Made by a program: the position numbers and the translations under genes. Under the pieces are notes generated by a model. That model worked only from the letters and a program-made list of their open reading frames with translations. It ran no database searches and was not told where the DNA came from. Positions 25,985 through 35,754 of a DNA stretch of 64,000 nt are shown piece by piece. Positions within the stretch are counted from its first letter, which is position 1, and each line of letters opens with the position of its first letter. Origin of the DNA: a virus (Duplodnaviria; Caudoviricetes); the IMG/VR virus record IMGVR_UViG_3300034073_002120; one strand, 5' to 3'.

Positions 25985-27342
25985 TTATAATTTTCCAAAT
26001 AATATTTTAAATCTTCAGGTGTTCCCAACCCCCACATCTTTTCAATATTGAATGTTTTAATTTTCTTATCATCACCAATTGCTTCATTAAATACTGGACA
26101 AGTATAAAATTCATTATTAGTTCTGATATTCTTTTCAATCATTTGTTCTGCATACTTTACATAATCAGAACCTTTAGCCCAATAGTAAACACCAACCGTT
26201 GCTATATCTGAAATCGGATTCTTTTCTGCTACTTCGGTGACATATCCATATTCATCTACTTTTGCAAATGACCATTTAGGATGTGTTGCATTGAATGTAA
26301 CAATCCCACCATCTACTTCTTGTTCAATCATTTTATACATAAACTCATTACTATCCCACTCTAAGAATTGGTCAGAGTTTGCCATAACTAATGGAGCATC
26401 ATTATCAATAAACTCCTTTGCTAATAATGTTGTACATGCAGCACCTTCGGTTAAACCATTTACTTCTACAATCTTACAATTAGGAGTAATTAAGTTTAAT
26501 AGAGTATCTAAATTATATTTCTCTCTATGTTCTTTTTGTACTACATAAATAAATGTTGCATCAATATTCAAATTATCCACTACAACTTGAATCATAGGTT
26601 TACCATCAACTTCAATTAAAGGTTTTGGAAATGTATATCCTGCTTGTTGGAATCTACTTCCTGCTCCTGCCATTGGAATAAGAACATTCATCTTTCCACC
26701 TTGCCATTTTGGAATACTCATATGTTTATTTTCTTTTAATTTTGTTTCTATTTTTTCTATTGTTAAATCTGATGGATTATCAACTCTCAACACATTTGCC
26801 CTACTTCTACTTGCGGCAAGTAATCCATGTGGAGAATCTTCCACAATTAAGGTTTCTTCTGGTAGACATTCCATCATACTCATTGCTTTCCAATACATTT
26901 CAGGATGTGGTTTAGAGTTCTTCACATCTTCATTAGAGATGATTAAATCCATAAACTCAATAATACCAATCTTTGCTAACATTACTAATACCGAACGTCT
27001 AATTGAGTTCGATGCCACTGCTAACTTATAACCTCTATCTCTCAATTCTTTAAACAATTCAATCTTTTGTAAATCAGGTTGTAATTGTGAAATTGCTTCA
27101 ATAGTTAGATGTTGTTTTCTAAACCAAATTTTTTCGTAAAACTCTGGGTGTAATCCTTTGTTCTTTGTAAGCATTTCAAGTTTTTGAGTGGTTTTTAATC
27201 CATCGTAAATTGAAAGATGTTCTGCTTCAGATATAACATACTCTTCCCCAATTTCATTTAGGGCTTCATTTAATGTATCGTAATGTATTTTCTTTGCTTC
27301 TACTAATACACCATCCAAATCAAATATAATTAGTTTTGTCAT
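25981..27342 (-). CDS. Fusion of a HAD phosphatase and a sugar-nucleotidyltransferase-like domain
   Basis: N-terminal FDLDGVL, ASNS, KPHP, VEDS..G (HAD); C-terminal LIPMAGAGSRF..GYTFPKPLI, EGAACT, NSDQ, EKNPIS, LGTPED. Likely start is the ATG at 27342. Confidence 0.85.
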   Translation of the reverse strand: MTKLIIFDLDGVLVEAKKIHYDTLNEALNEIGEEYVISEAEHLSIYDGLKTTQKLEMLTKNKGLHPEFYEKIWFRKQHLTIEAISQLQPDLQKIELFKELRDRGYKLAVASNSIRRSVLVMLAKIGIIEFMDLIISNEDVKNSKPHPEMYWKAMSMMECLPEETLIVEDSPHGLLAASRSRANVLRVDNPSDLTIEKIETKLKENKHMSIPKWQGGKMNVLIPMAGAGSRFQQAGYTFPKPLIEVDGKPMIQVVVDNLNIDATFIYVVQKEHREKYNLDTLLNLITPNCKIVEVNGLTEGAACTTLLAKEFIDNDAPLVMANSDQFLEWDSNEFMYKMIEQEVDGGIVTFNATHPKWSFAKVDEYGYVTEVAEKNPISDIATVGVYYWAKGSDYVKYAEQMIEKNIRTNNEFYTCPVFNEAIGDDKKIKTFNIEKMWGLGTPEDLKYYLENYK

Positions 27343-28094
27343 TTTCCGTATTTTGCCCAATCGTTATGTTTGAATAATCCTTCATTATGTCCAACTTTGA
27401 AATCTTGTCTTGGCCACCAATACGCAATCTTTCTTTCTAAATCAATTCCTTCACCCATAAATGGTTCAATTACATTTAAGTAGAATTCTTTTCTATATAG
27501 ACATGGATTATTTGTCCAATTACCATAACGAGATGTAGTATGGAACATATCTCCTATTTTTTGTATTTGTTCTGGAAATTCTATATCAGATTCACACCAG
27601 TGTATTGAATCTAAAAGATGTGGTGATGTAACTTCGTGCCAATCATCATAGTAAGTTAGTTCTCTACCTTTGTATTGAAATGAAAAGTGTGGATGACCGG
27701 GGTCTTTTCTATGTCTTAAACGAACTACATCCAAACCCATTTCTATTGCTGAAATGCTTTGACTTAAAGTTTTATATGTAGTTTCTTTATTTTCTATTAA
27801 ATTCCAATCATGCTCTAAAATTAAAACATAATCAGTTTGTGCATTTTCGGTTAAACGTTTGAATGCTTTACCAATACCTATATTTTGTTGTAATCCAATA
27901 CAATCAATACCAAAATGTGATGCAATCTTTACATCCTCTTCCGTTACTTCTTGAAAAAGAATAGTAATATCATTTACAATATCTAACAACCCATTTTGGT
28001 AATAAGTTGTCAAAGTATCTACCAGAACTTGACCAGAATGCCATGCAAGAATTCCTACTGAAATTGGTAGTTTAGTTGTAGTATTGTTTAACAT
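27339..28094 (-). CDS. GT-A-fold glycosyltransferase-like protein
   Basis: NIGIGKAF, YVLILEHDW, WTNNPCLYR. Confidence 0.6.
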   Translation of the reverse strand: MLNNTTTKLPISVGILAWHSGQVLVDTLTTYYQNGLLDIVNDITILFQEVTEEDVKIASHFGIDCIGLQQNIGIGKAFKRLTENAQTDYVLILEHDWNLIENKETTYKTLSQSISAIEMGLDVVRLRHRKDPGHPHFSFQYKGRELTYYDDWHEVTSPHLLDSIHWCESDIEFPEQIQKIGDMFHTTSRYGNWTNNPCLYRKEFYLNVIEPFMGEGIDLERKIAYWWPRQDFKVGHNEGLFKHNDWAKYGK

Positions 28095-28824
28095 GCTCCC
28101 AAATTTGTTTTATGATATGTTTTTTATTTGTATGACCTCCCATTCTATTACCTGTAAAATGCCATACATATGAATCGTTTATAAATTCACCATCATCGTA
28201 TTTACTCATCACCATATTGTTCCATTCCCACCCTAAAAACTTAATATCTTTTGGTAAGAATCCATCATCATCCACATATAAATCATACATAATAATATTT
28301 ACAGGTGTTTGTTCACATGCATTCGGACCAGTTGGACCTACTTTATAAAATGATGACCAATACTCATGATATTTTGGAATTTCCTTTCTGATTTGTAAAT
28401 ACTTTTCTTTTGAAAGAAATACAAAACCAGTATTACAATAATTCATTGGCGGGGTTTTTATATTTGGGTTTAATTCTATCCATTGGTCTAAATGATATTT
28501 ACCAGAACCAAAACCTCCCGCATCTCTAACCATACACATCGTATAATCCTTAGTAACTTCAAAGATATTAGGTGCATCCCAACGAATCATAGTATCGGAA
28601 TCGACTAAAATAACTTTATCATAATCTAATTCAACCAACCTTTCATCGTACCAGGGCTCATAACAACCATTACCCCATGGCTCAAAATCGTATTCTTTTT
28701 TTTCATTTGCAATGATTAGTTGAATATCCCATTTTTTACAATAGTATTTCCAACTTTCAATACCTTCCGGCCAGAAAGAATCGAAACCATTATATGCAGG
28801 TATGAATATTAAATTTTTACTCAT
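28072..28824 (-). CDS. Glycosyltransferase-like protein (GT8/nucleotide-diphospho-sugar transferase type)
   Basis: VILVDSDTMI, NTGFVF, EQTPVN, WNNM, WHFTG. Confidence 0.7.
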   Translation of the reverse strand: MSKNLIFIPAYNGFDSFWPEGIESWKYYCKKWDIQLIIANEKKEYDFEPWGNGCYEPWYDERLVELDYDKVILVDSDTMIRWDAPNIFEVTKDYTMCMVRDAGGFGSGKYHLDQWIELNPNIKTPPMNYCNTGFVFLSKEKYLQIRKEIPKYHEYWSSFYKVGPTGPNACEQTPVNIIMYDLYVDDDGFLPKDIKFLGWEWNNMVMSKYDDGEFINDSYVWHFTGNRMGGHTNKKHIIKQIWEHVKQYYN

Positions 28825-29453
28825 TTTTGTAATTCAGAATAATAATTATTTTGTTTCTCTTGTCTTACTATATCTTTATGATGGTATAGTGAGAATTGTT
28901 CCTCTGCTGGGAAATTTGAGAACGTATTATAACCTGTAATTTGTTCATGAACTTTATTCATCCAAACTACATCATCAGTATTTTTGTAAATTCTTGTTTG
29001 ATAATCTGGAAAATTTACCCATCCCTTTTCATTCACATTCCATTTCCATTTTTGAATATGTTCGTTGGTTAAACCTTTGACAGTATTAACTCTTGGAACG
29101 AATACAATATCGACTGGATTTGATTCTAATACATCACCCAAAATTTCAATTAAATATTCATGTGGAACTTCATCCGCATCAATTTGAAAAATATAATCTT
29201 TAGTGCAGAATGATTTTAAATTATTTTTGAATGATGCAAAATCATTATCAAGCGGAAATGAAATGAGTTTATGATTATCATGTATCATATCAATTACATT
29301 CAGATATTCTTTGACTTCTTGAGTTGCAGATGAAGAATCATATTGAATTACGATTTCATCTTCCTCTCTAATATGTAATTGTAAAAAGTTTAATAATGTA
29401 GTTATTTCTTCCAACTCATTACAAACTGTAATTGCGTAACTAATACTAGCCAT
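28821..29453 (-). CDS. Glycosyltransferase family 2
   Basis: ISYAITVCNE, DFASFKN, FQIDADE, PRVN, PDYQ.RI, VHE. Confidence 0.85.
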   Translation of the reverse strand: MASISYAITVCNELEEITTLLNFLQLHIREEDEIVIQYDSSSATQEVKEYLNVIDMIHDNHKLISFPLDNDFASFKNNLKSFCTKDYIFQIDADEVPHEYLIEILGDVLESNPVDIVFVPRVNTVKGLTNEHIQKWKWNVNEKGWVNFPDYQTRIYKNTDDVVWMNKVHEQITGYNTFSNFPAEEQFSLYHHKDIVRQEKQNNYYSELQK

Positions 29454-29967
29454 CGTTTTCGTTTATTTCTTGTTTAATATCATCTTTTCTTGTAGATGCA
29501 GTATTACCTTCTTTAAATATTTTTTGTAAAAATCCTTCTTCAAAGCGAATTTCCCAAACATTTTGAATCTTATCTAAAAAATATGTTCGGTAATTATCTA
29601 AAATAGATGAATATACTTTTGGATTATTTTTTATATATCCTTCAAAAAGTTGTTTACCATCTCTTGGTAATAATTTTAATAATTCTTCAAGTGGTTGATT
29701 TGCCTGAATAGGTTTACTTTTATTTCTTAATTTATTTAAAAGAGATATAAAATTATCAGGTAAAATATGTGTCAATAATAGACAGTGTATTTTACCATTT
29801 ACTTTACCAATCACAAATACATAACGAGATTCTAATCCAACTTTTGTAGGAGGTGTTCCATCTTTATATGTTGATATACGATAGATGTTTCTTGGTAAAA
29901 TTTGATTTTTACCAACTCTAACTTCAGGTGTAAGAATTTCTTTATATTGATTTGTGAAATTTCTCAT
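29446..29967 (-). CDS. Hypothetical protein
   Basis: 173-aa ORF coupled to both neighbours. Confidence 0.55.
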   Translation of the reverse strand: MRNFTNQYKEILTPEVRVGKNQILPRNIYRISTYKDGTPPTKVGLESRYVFVIGKVNGKIHCLLLTHILPDNFISLLNKLRNKSKPIQANQPLEELLKLLPRDGKQLFEGYIKNNPKVYSSILDNYRTYFLDKIQNVWEIRFEEGFLQKIFKEGNTASTRKDDIKQEINENDG

Positions 29968-31229
29968 TATAATTTCTTAATTTGTGGTAATTTTAACGGA
30001 ATGTGTTCTACTACTTTAACATATTTTGTTAATATTTTACCAAATTCTTCTGTCATCTTACTTAATGAGAATTTATTTTTAATATTACTACTTAATCCTT
30101 TAGATTGTTCTGAATATTTTGAATAATTCTTAAATAAATCTAACATCTTTTGTGCTGCAGATGAATAATTTACTGAAAACCACTGTGATTCTGCTAATAA
30201 AAATTGATTAGCTGCAGATGAGTGAACCGGTGTTAATTGTCCATCTAAATAGATTGTGTTATTTTCAGGTAAAAAATCAACATGACCACTCCATTTTGAA
30301 ACTATGATAGGTTTACCCGTCACTGCAAATTCTGCAAGTGGTCTACCATATCCCTCACCTTTTGTAAATGAAATCATAGTTTTTACTTTTGGGTGATTGT
30401 ATAAATTTGCTATTTCGGTAGGATTCATATCACCAAATAATAAATATATAGGTGGACATTGTTTACCATATTCACTAGTCAATTCTTTTATTTTAATAGT
30501 AATGGATTCTCTATCCATAACACTAAATCCAGCAGTTGATGTTTTCAGAATTAATCCTGGTTGTTTATCCTTTGGGGTATTCTTAAAGATTGTGCAGAAT
30601 GTTTTAATTAACATACCAACATCTTTTCTATCTTGGCCTAAATCACCAGATAACCAGTGTCCCACAAACAAAAAGTTAAAATCAGTTTCAATTCCTTCCA
30701 ACACATCTACTTTTTCATCTGAATTTGCGTAGATACTTAAATCAACTCCTTCAAATAAAACCTCAATCGGTTTTGTTACGGATATATCTCTAATCTTTTG
30801 ATTAGTTCTTTTATCAACTTCACTAAATGAGGTTGATTCTAATACTTTTTTTGTAAATTCAGATGGAACTAATATTAAATCCATTTTATTACATCCATCA
30901 ATAAAATCTTTTGGTGCAATAGTAGTTTCAACTCCGGCAGTTACTCCGATATTATATTTACCAAGTGGTTGAAATTCATTAGCAACTGTTACTTGAACGT
31001 AAACATCTGGTTGTTTTTCTAATGATGTGATGATATTGTTTAATATCTTTTGACCAAATTCGGTAGTTGCATCAATTTGATTTTGAGGTGTATTACCCCA
31101 TCTTGTAGGTACAATTTTTACATCGTATTTATCTAAATCAAATAAACTCTGTAATAAATCTCTAGCGTGGTCTCCATAACCAGAACGTGTTGCAACAGGT
31201 CCTTGAAATACTAATAATGGTTTACTCAT
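29967..31229 (-). CDS. GT-B (GT4-like) glycosyltransferase
   Basis: PVATRSGYG, GVTAGVET, EGVD, FLFVGHW, RKDVG, SFTKGEGYGRPLAEF, WSGHVDF. Confidence 0.85.
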   Translation of the reverse strand: MSKPLLVFQGPVATRSGYGDHARDLLQSLFDLDKYDVKIVPTRWGNTPQNQIDATTEFGQKILNNIITSLEKQPDVYVQVTVANEFQPLGKYNIGVTAGVETTIAPKDFIDGCNKMDLILVPSEFTKKVLESTSFSEVDKRTNQKIRDISVTKPIEVLFEGVDLSIYANSDEKVDVLEGIETDFNFLFVGHWLSGDLGQDRKDVGMLIKTFCTIFKNTPKDKQPGLILKTSTAGFSVMDRESITIKIKELTSEYGKQCPPIYLLFGDMNPTEIANLYNHPKVKTMISFTKGEGYGRPLAEFAVTGKPIIVSKWSGHVDFLPENNTIYLDGQLTPVHSSAANQFLLAESQWFSVNYSSAAQKMLDLFKNYSKYSEQSKGLSSNIKNKFSLSKMTEEFGKILTKYVKVVEHIPLKLPQIKKL

Positions 31230-31494
31230 TTCTTAATCGTTTTCTTTGTTCTTCTTGTTTTATACATCTATCGATTGACATTTCAACCAACTTTGTAATA
31301 TTTTGTAATGTATTTGGTTCGTGTGGTGAATTAAACATTTGAAACTTTACGTTTTCAACTTCTCTATCTGCCAAAACGAATATATAGTAATCATCTACTA
31401 TACCGGGAGTTTTATATATACTCTCACGAGTTTTTTCTACCCTTTCTTGTTCCCAATCACCGGGAAGTCTTATTATGAATATAGGTTTACTCAT
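31222..31494 (-). CDS. Hypothetical protein
   Basis: ORF track 31222..31551. The ATG at 31494 (MSKPIFII), just after the dut stop, is the likely start. Confidence 0.55.
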   Translation of the reverse strand: MSKPIFIIRLPGDWEQERVEKTRESIYKTPGIVDDYYIFVLADREVENVKFQMFNSPHEPNTLQNITKLVEMSIDRCIKQEEQRKRLRNE

Positions 31495-31495
31495 A

Positions 31496-31930
31496 TTATT
31501 TACCAGTTGAACCGAAGCCTCCTTTACCTCTATCTGATTCTGATAATTCATCTACTTCAATCAAATCAACTTGTGGATGTGGAATAATAATGATTTGACA
31601 AACTCTATCACCAACATCATATAAAAATCCACCTTCCTCAGCCATTACTCTCTTTCTATTGAAAGTTGCCTGTAATTCTCCTCTATAACCACTATCGATT
31701 ACACCAACCGAATTACTTAATTGTAAATCAGTATTTCGTATCGATGAACGTGGGAATACTAATCCTACAAATCCTTCAGGTATTTCTAATGCAATACCCA
31801 ATCCATAAGTAATTTGAGTAGGAGTATTTGATATGATTGAGGTTGCCACCAAATCCAATCCTGCATCACTTTCTTTTGCATATTTTGGAATTACAGCATT
31901 AGGATGTAACTTTTTTATTTTTACTTTCAT
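31496..31930 (-). CDS. dut: Trimeric dUTPase
   Basis: All five motifs present: AGLDL, PRSS, GVIDSGYRGE, RVCQII, RGKGGFGSTG. Confidence 0.95.
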   Translation of the reverse strand: MKVKIKKLHPNAVIPKYAKESDAGLDLVATSIISNTPTQITYGLGIALEIPEGFVGLVFPRSSIRNTDLQLSNSVGVIDSGYRGELQATFNRKRVMAEEGGFLYDVGDRVCQIIIIPHPQVDLIEVDELSESDRGKGGFGSTGK

Positions 31931-31931
31931 T

Positions 31932-33320
31932 TTATGCTATTTTATATAAATTAAATCTTTGTTTTGGTTTCCAATTTTCTAAAGCAGTATCCATACCATC
32001 AGATAAAGTTTTACACATATAAGCAGAATTCAATCCTTCTTCTTTACACATCCATTCTCTACCTTTTAAACCACGTTTTCTACGTTCTTCAACTGGAATA
32101 TCATACCAATAACGGATTGCATCTGCAACTTCATATACATCAACTTTATCATCAATAATATATGGTGTTGGGACTGAACCTACAAGGGTTTGAACTCTAC
32201 TGAATACCGGTTTAACCCATTCTCCATGTTTTACTTTATCACCCCATTCTCTCACATCATGTAATGAACCAATTTTCACATAATCATCTGCGGTAAATTC
32301 TTTACCATCTAATGTAAATCCACATTGGTCTTGTAATCCACCTGTTACGTTTACAATAGTTGGAGTTCCCGCCATTACCGATTCTGCAGTTACTAATCCA
32401 AATCCTTCATTACCTGCAATGTTGATTGTGACATCTACTAAATTATATATCCAATTTAATTGCTCTTGTGAAATTCTACTACCTGAAAATCTTACATCGT
32501 AATCTGGACAAATAGTTTCTTTAACTGCATATAAATCAGTTCCATTTTCATCAATTGGTGCAGTGTGCATTAATAAACATACTTTATCTCTATCTTCTTC
32601 TGGTAATCCATCGACAAAACGTTTGTATGCCCAAATAACATCAGATGGTTGTTTACGTCTGATATTACGATTCATCCAAAATAAAACAAATTTGTAATCT
32701 TTATCACCTAAAATTTGTTTACGGAAATCAGCAGGAACTTCAATTGGTTTGTAAATTGTAGGGTCAATACCATGTGGTACATAACTTACTTGCCAATCTT
32801 CTAATGGTTTAATCGTTGATGATTCAATTGCACCAACTCTTTTTACAATACCATATGTTTGTTTAGAAATACATCCCAACCAATCACAACTTTCGTAGTA
32901 ATCTCTATTGTATTTTGGGTCTGGTAAATCATCCCAAATATGATAGAAGAAAATAGGAACATTTTGTCTAACCTCTGCTTCCATTTCATACAACCATCTC
33001 CAATAACGAGGGTCAGTAAAGTGTAGGATTGCATCTGGTTGATGTCTCATGATTAGTTCTCTAAGTATATTTGCATCTCCATAACCACTCCACGGAATGA
33101 TTTTAACTGATGCATCTGCAATACCTGATACTTTTCTAGCATCTTCACCTAAATCAATTTCCTTACCAGCCTCAGGATGTTGTACTGCTGCACCCAATTG
33201 AACCCAGTGGTATTTATCTAAGGTGCCGAAAATGAGTTGTTTTGATACTGTTGCTATACCAGATGACATTCTAAAATCATCCGATAATAAAAGAATTTTT
33301 TTCTTTTGTTGTTCTGCCAT
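31932..33320 (-). CDS. GT-B (GT4-like) glycosyltransferase
   Basis: LLLSDD..SGIA, YVPHGID, NRNIRRKQ, NIAGNEGFGL...ES...GTP. Confidence 0.85.
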   Translation of the reverse strand: MAEQQKKKILLLSDDFRMSSGIATVSKQLIFGTLDKYHWVQLGAAVQHPEAGKEIDLGEDARKVSGIADASVKIIPWSGYGDANILRELIMRHQPDAILHFTDPRYWRWLYEMEAEVRQNVPIFFYHIWDDLPDPKYNRDYYESCDWLGCISKQTYGIVKRVGAIESSTIKPLEDWQVSYVPHGIDPTIYKPIEVPADFRKQILGDKDYKFVLFWMNRNIRRKQPSDVIWAYKRFVDGLPEEDRDKVCLLMHTAPIDENGTDLYAVKETICPDYDVRFSGSRISQEQLNWIYNLVDVTINIAGNEGFGLVTAESVMAGTPTIVNVTGGLQDQCGFTLDGKEFTADDYVKIGSLHDVREWGDKVKHGEWVKPVFSRVQTLVGSVPTPYIIDDKVDVYEVADAIRYWYDIPVEERRKRGLKGREWMCKEEGLNSAYMCKTLSDGMDTALENWKPKQRFNLYKIA

Positions 33321-33331
33321 TTAAAATAAAA

Positions 33332-33532
33332 TTAAAATTGTGAACCACTAGTATGTAGTTCGGAATATTCGTTGATTTCACTTCTAAAAGTTTCGTCCTC
33401 AATATATTTGTTTATGGAACGATTCACTAATTTTTGTAGTGTAATGTTAGAATCAAACGAAAGTTGTTTGAATTTTGAGTAAACATCTTTTACGATTTTT
33501 ACTGTTGTTAGTTTTGTGTTTGCATTTGTCAT
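33332..33532 (-). CDS. Small protein, possible ribbon-helix-helix DNA-binding protein
   Basis: LTTVKIVKDVYSKFK (beta strand plus helix), then LQKLVNRSINKYI. Confidence 0.45.
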   Translation of the reverse strand: MTNANTKLTTVKIVKDVYSKFKQLSFDSNITLQKLVNRSINKYIEDETFRSEINEYSELHTSGSQF

Positions 33533-33595
33533 AACTCTTTCTCTCTCTATTTTGTTATGTATATAAATATATACAAATATAAAAAGAGTAAAAAA

Positions 33596-34453
33596 TTACT
33601 GCCAGATTGGACATATTTTTCGAGTCTTAAACTCACACCAATCACATGATTTAGATTTATTTGTAGGGAAATCTACTTGTTTTACTTTACCCTCTTCATC
33701 GTAAACACTATCTACGAATTCCATAAAACCTTTCCAAGCATTGTTTACTGATGGTTTACCATTTGGTGGAACAAATTTGGAAATACGTGGGATTGGGAAA
33801 TCAGCTTTCTCACTAATCTTACGTTTTAGAATTTGGTATTCTACTTTGATTTTATCTAAGGGAACGTTGTATTTTTCTGAATAGAATTTCTTATACAACA
33901 ACATTTGTGAAGTTTTTACTTTATCTGATTTTTGAGAATCAGACCATCCTCTTGTGGATGTTTTAAGGTCAATAATGATAATATCACCAGATGAAACATC
34001 TTTTAATACAATATCAATAAACCCAACAAAATTAACGCCTGGTCTTACCTCTGCGTTTAATGGTAATTCGATTGATACTAATTCAAATCCACTCTTAGTA
34101 TAAAGTTTATCTAATTTAGATTTAAAATATTGTAAAATCAATCTACCGTCACCGAAGAATTCTTCTAACTCTTCTTTTTCGCATGGAGTTCCTTCTGTCA
34201 TTTTAGCCTTCTCAGCAGTAAAATGTTCTACTAACTTATCTTTTAACATAAGTTCGAGGTCTAACTCCAATGCCTGTTTCTTTGTAACTCCGTACATAAC
34301 GGAAAGAAAATGTTGAATGGTTTCGTGCATTGCCGAACCAAATATGGTATGGATATTAGCGGAGGATTCTCCTAACTTATCTATATAACTTAGTTTGAAT
34401 TGTTGTTGACAACTTGTCCACATTCCATACTGACTATAACTTACTCTTGCCAT
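33596..34453 (-). CDS. PD-(D/E)XK nuclease (RecB/Cas4-like exonuclease)
   Basis: SYSQ..W..C, FGSAMHE, GFIDIV..IIIDLKTS, QMLLY, C-terminal CDWCEFK..C. Confidence 0.85.
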   Translation of the reverse strand: MARVSYSQYGMWTSCQQQFKLSYIDKLGESSANIHTIFGSAMHETIQHFLSVMYGVTKKQALELDLELMLKDKLVEHFTAEKAKMTEGTPCEKEELEEFFGDGRLILQYFKSKLDKLYTKSGFELVSIELPLNAEVRPGVNFVGFIDIVLKDVSSGDIIIIDLKTSTRGWSDSQKSDKVKTSQMLLYKKFYSEKYNVPLDKIKVEYQILKRKISEKADFPIPRISKFVPPNGKPSVNNAWKGFMEFVDSVYDEEGKVKQVDFPTNKSKSCDWCEFKTRKICPIWQ

Positions 34454-34472
34454 TTATTGTTGTTTTATATAA

Positions 34473-34504
34473 CAAATATACGAAAAATATATGATATTTC
34501 CAAA
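34473..34504 (-). promoter_or_regulatory. Bacteroidota primary-sigma promoter
   Basis: Minus strand TTTG-N20-TATATTTG. Confidence 0.75.
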
Positions 34505-34507
34505 TTT

Positions 34508-35752
34508 TTAATTGAAAATCTCATCTCGCATTGCGTTAAAATCTACACCATTTAGGGTGGTTACATCGGTATTATGAATTTTATCCATATTATGTGTAAA
34601 TCCTACGATAGTTTCTACCGATTTTTCCATATTTGGTTCTGAATTGATAAAATTGATTAAATTAGTGATTTCATTAATGGTTTTTTCACTATCCAATTCT
34701 TTAATACCATTTTCTAAGAATTCAACAAGTCTTTTCTTTTCAGATTTACTAATATTATTTAGAGTAACATGAGATGGCACCCATGCGTAATAAAAATCTA
34801 TATGGTCTGATGAACCTATAAATTCATTTTCTTTCATAAATTTAATAAAATCAAATATATGATACACATTCCAAATTGTAGTTGTGTATTGAAAATTATA
34901 TTGCATCCCCATTCCACCTGCATATGGTGATTCTGCTCTGAAATATTTTTTTATAGTTTTTAAGTTTTCTATAAATCTTTCATGTTGAAATCCTACTCTT
35001 TGATATTCACCAACTTTATCGATTCCATCACATGAAATTGATAAAAATACTCTATCAAATCCTTTCCATAAATCAATCAAACTCTGTTCATCATATGTGA
35101 TTACTGATAAATTTGTGTTGTAGTGGATACTTAATCTTCGTTTATTTCCCCAATGCTGTTCTATAATTGGCATCGTATCATAAAGATATTTCAATACTTT
35201 ATAATGTTCTGGCATGATAAGAGGTTCACCTCCAGCGAAATAAAAACTTTTAACATTTTTAAGATGTGGAATTAAATCCTCTACAATTGTATCAGATACT
35301 TTCATCACTTTAGTTCTACCTTTTGTATAACCAGGTGCTATTTTCTCATTATCTTCAAACCAATTTGATGAAAAATCATGATTACACATTCTACATTTGA
35401 AATTACAAAGGTTAGAAAATCTAATATCAATATGCTGAAATTGGGTTTCTACTGAAAAATCTTCATTTACTTTTGGCATTTCCCACAATCGATTTGCATT
35501 AAAATCAGTACGAGGAGAAATGCCATTCAAATCTTCTTTTTTATAGCATACATCACATACTTTGTTACGTTTACCACTTAACATATCTTCACGCAATTCT
35601 TTCATTTGTGGTGAATTAAATGCATCATCGATAGACATAGTTTTCAAATCCAAAGGTGTATCAAATCCACCTGCAATACAACAAGGTTTCATTTCTCCTT
35701 TTGGTTCTGAATATAAATGTACGAATGGTAGTATGCAGATAGTATTACTCAT
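34508..35752 (-). CDS. Radical SAM protein with an N-terminal twitch/SPASM-like domain
   Basis: CILPF....PCC..CDVCYKKE (twitch-like); SNLCNFKCRMC (CX3CX2C); FAGGEP; YNTN. Confidence 0.9.
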   Translation of the reverse strand: MSNTICILPFVHLYSEPKGEMKPCCIAGGFDTPLDLKTMSIDDAFNSPQMKELREDMLSGKRNKVCDVCYKKEDLNGISPRTDFNANRLWEMPKVNEDFSVETQFQHIDIRFSNLCNFKCRMCNHDFSSNWFEDNEKIAPGYTKGRTKVMKVSDTIVEDLIPHLKNVKSFYFAGGEPLIMPEHYKVLKYLYDTMPIIEQHWGNKRRLSIHYNTNLSVITYDEQSLIDLWKGFDRVFLSISCDGIDKVGEYQRVGFQHERFIENLKTIKKYFRAESPYAGGMGMQYNFQYTTTIWNVYHIFDFIKFMKENEFIGSSDHIDFYYAWVPSHVTLNNISKSEKKRLVEFLENGIKELDSEKTINEITNLINFINSEPNMEKSVETIVGFTHNMDKIHNTDVTTLNGVDFNAMRDEIFN

Positions 35753-35754
35753 AT

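Noticed and set aside
33596-34453. CRISPR-Cas locus implied by the Cas4-like nuclease
   Set aside because: No cas1/cas2, effector genes or array are in the window. Solo Cas4-like nucleases are common in phages.
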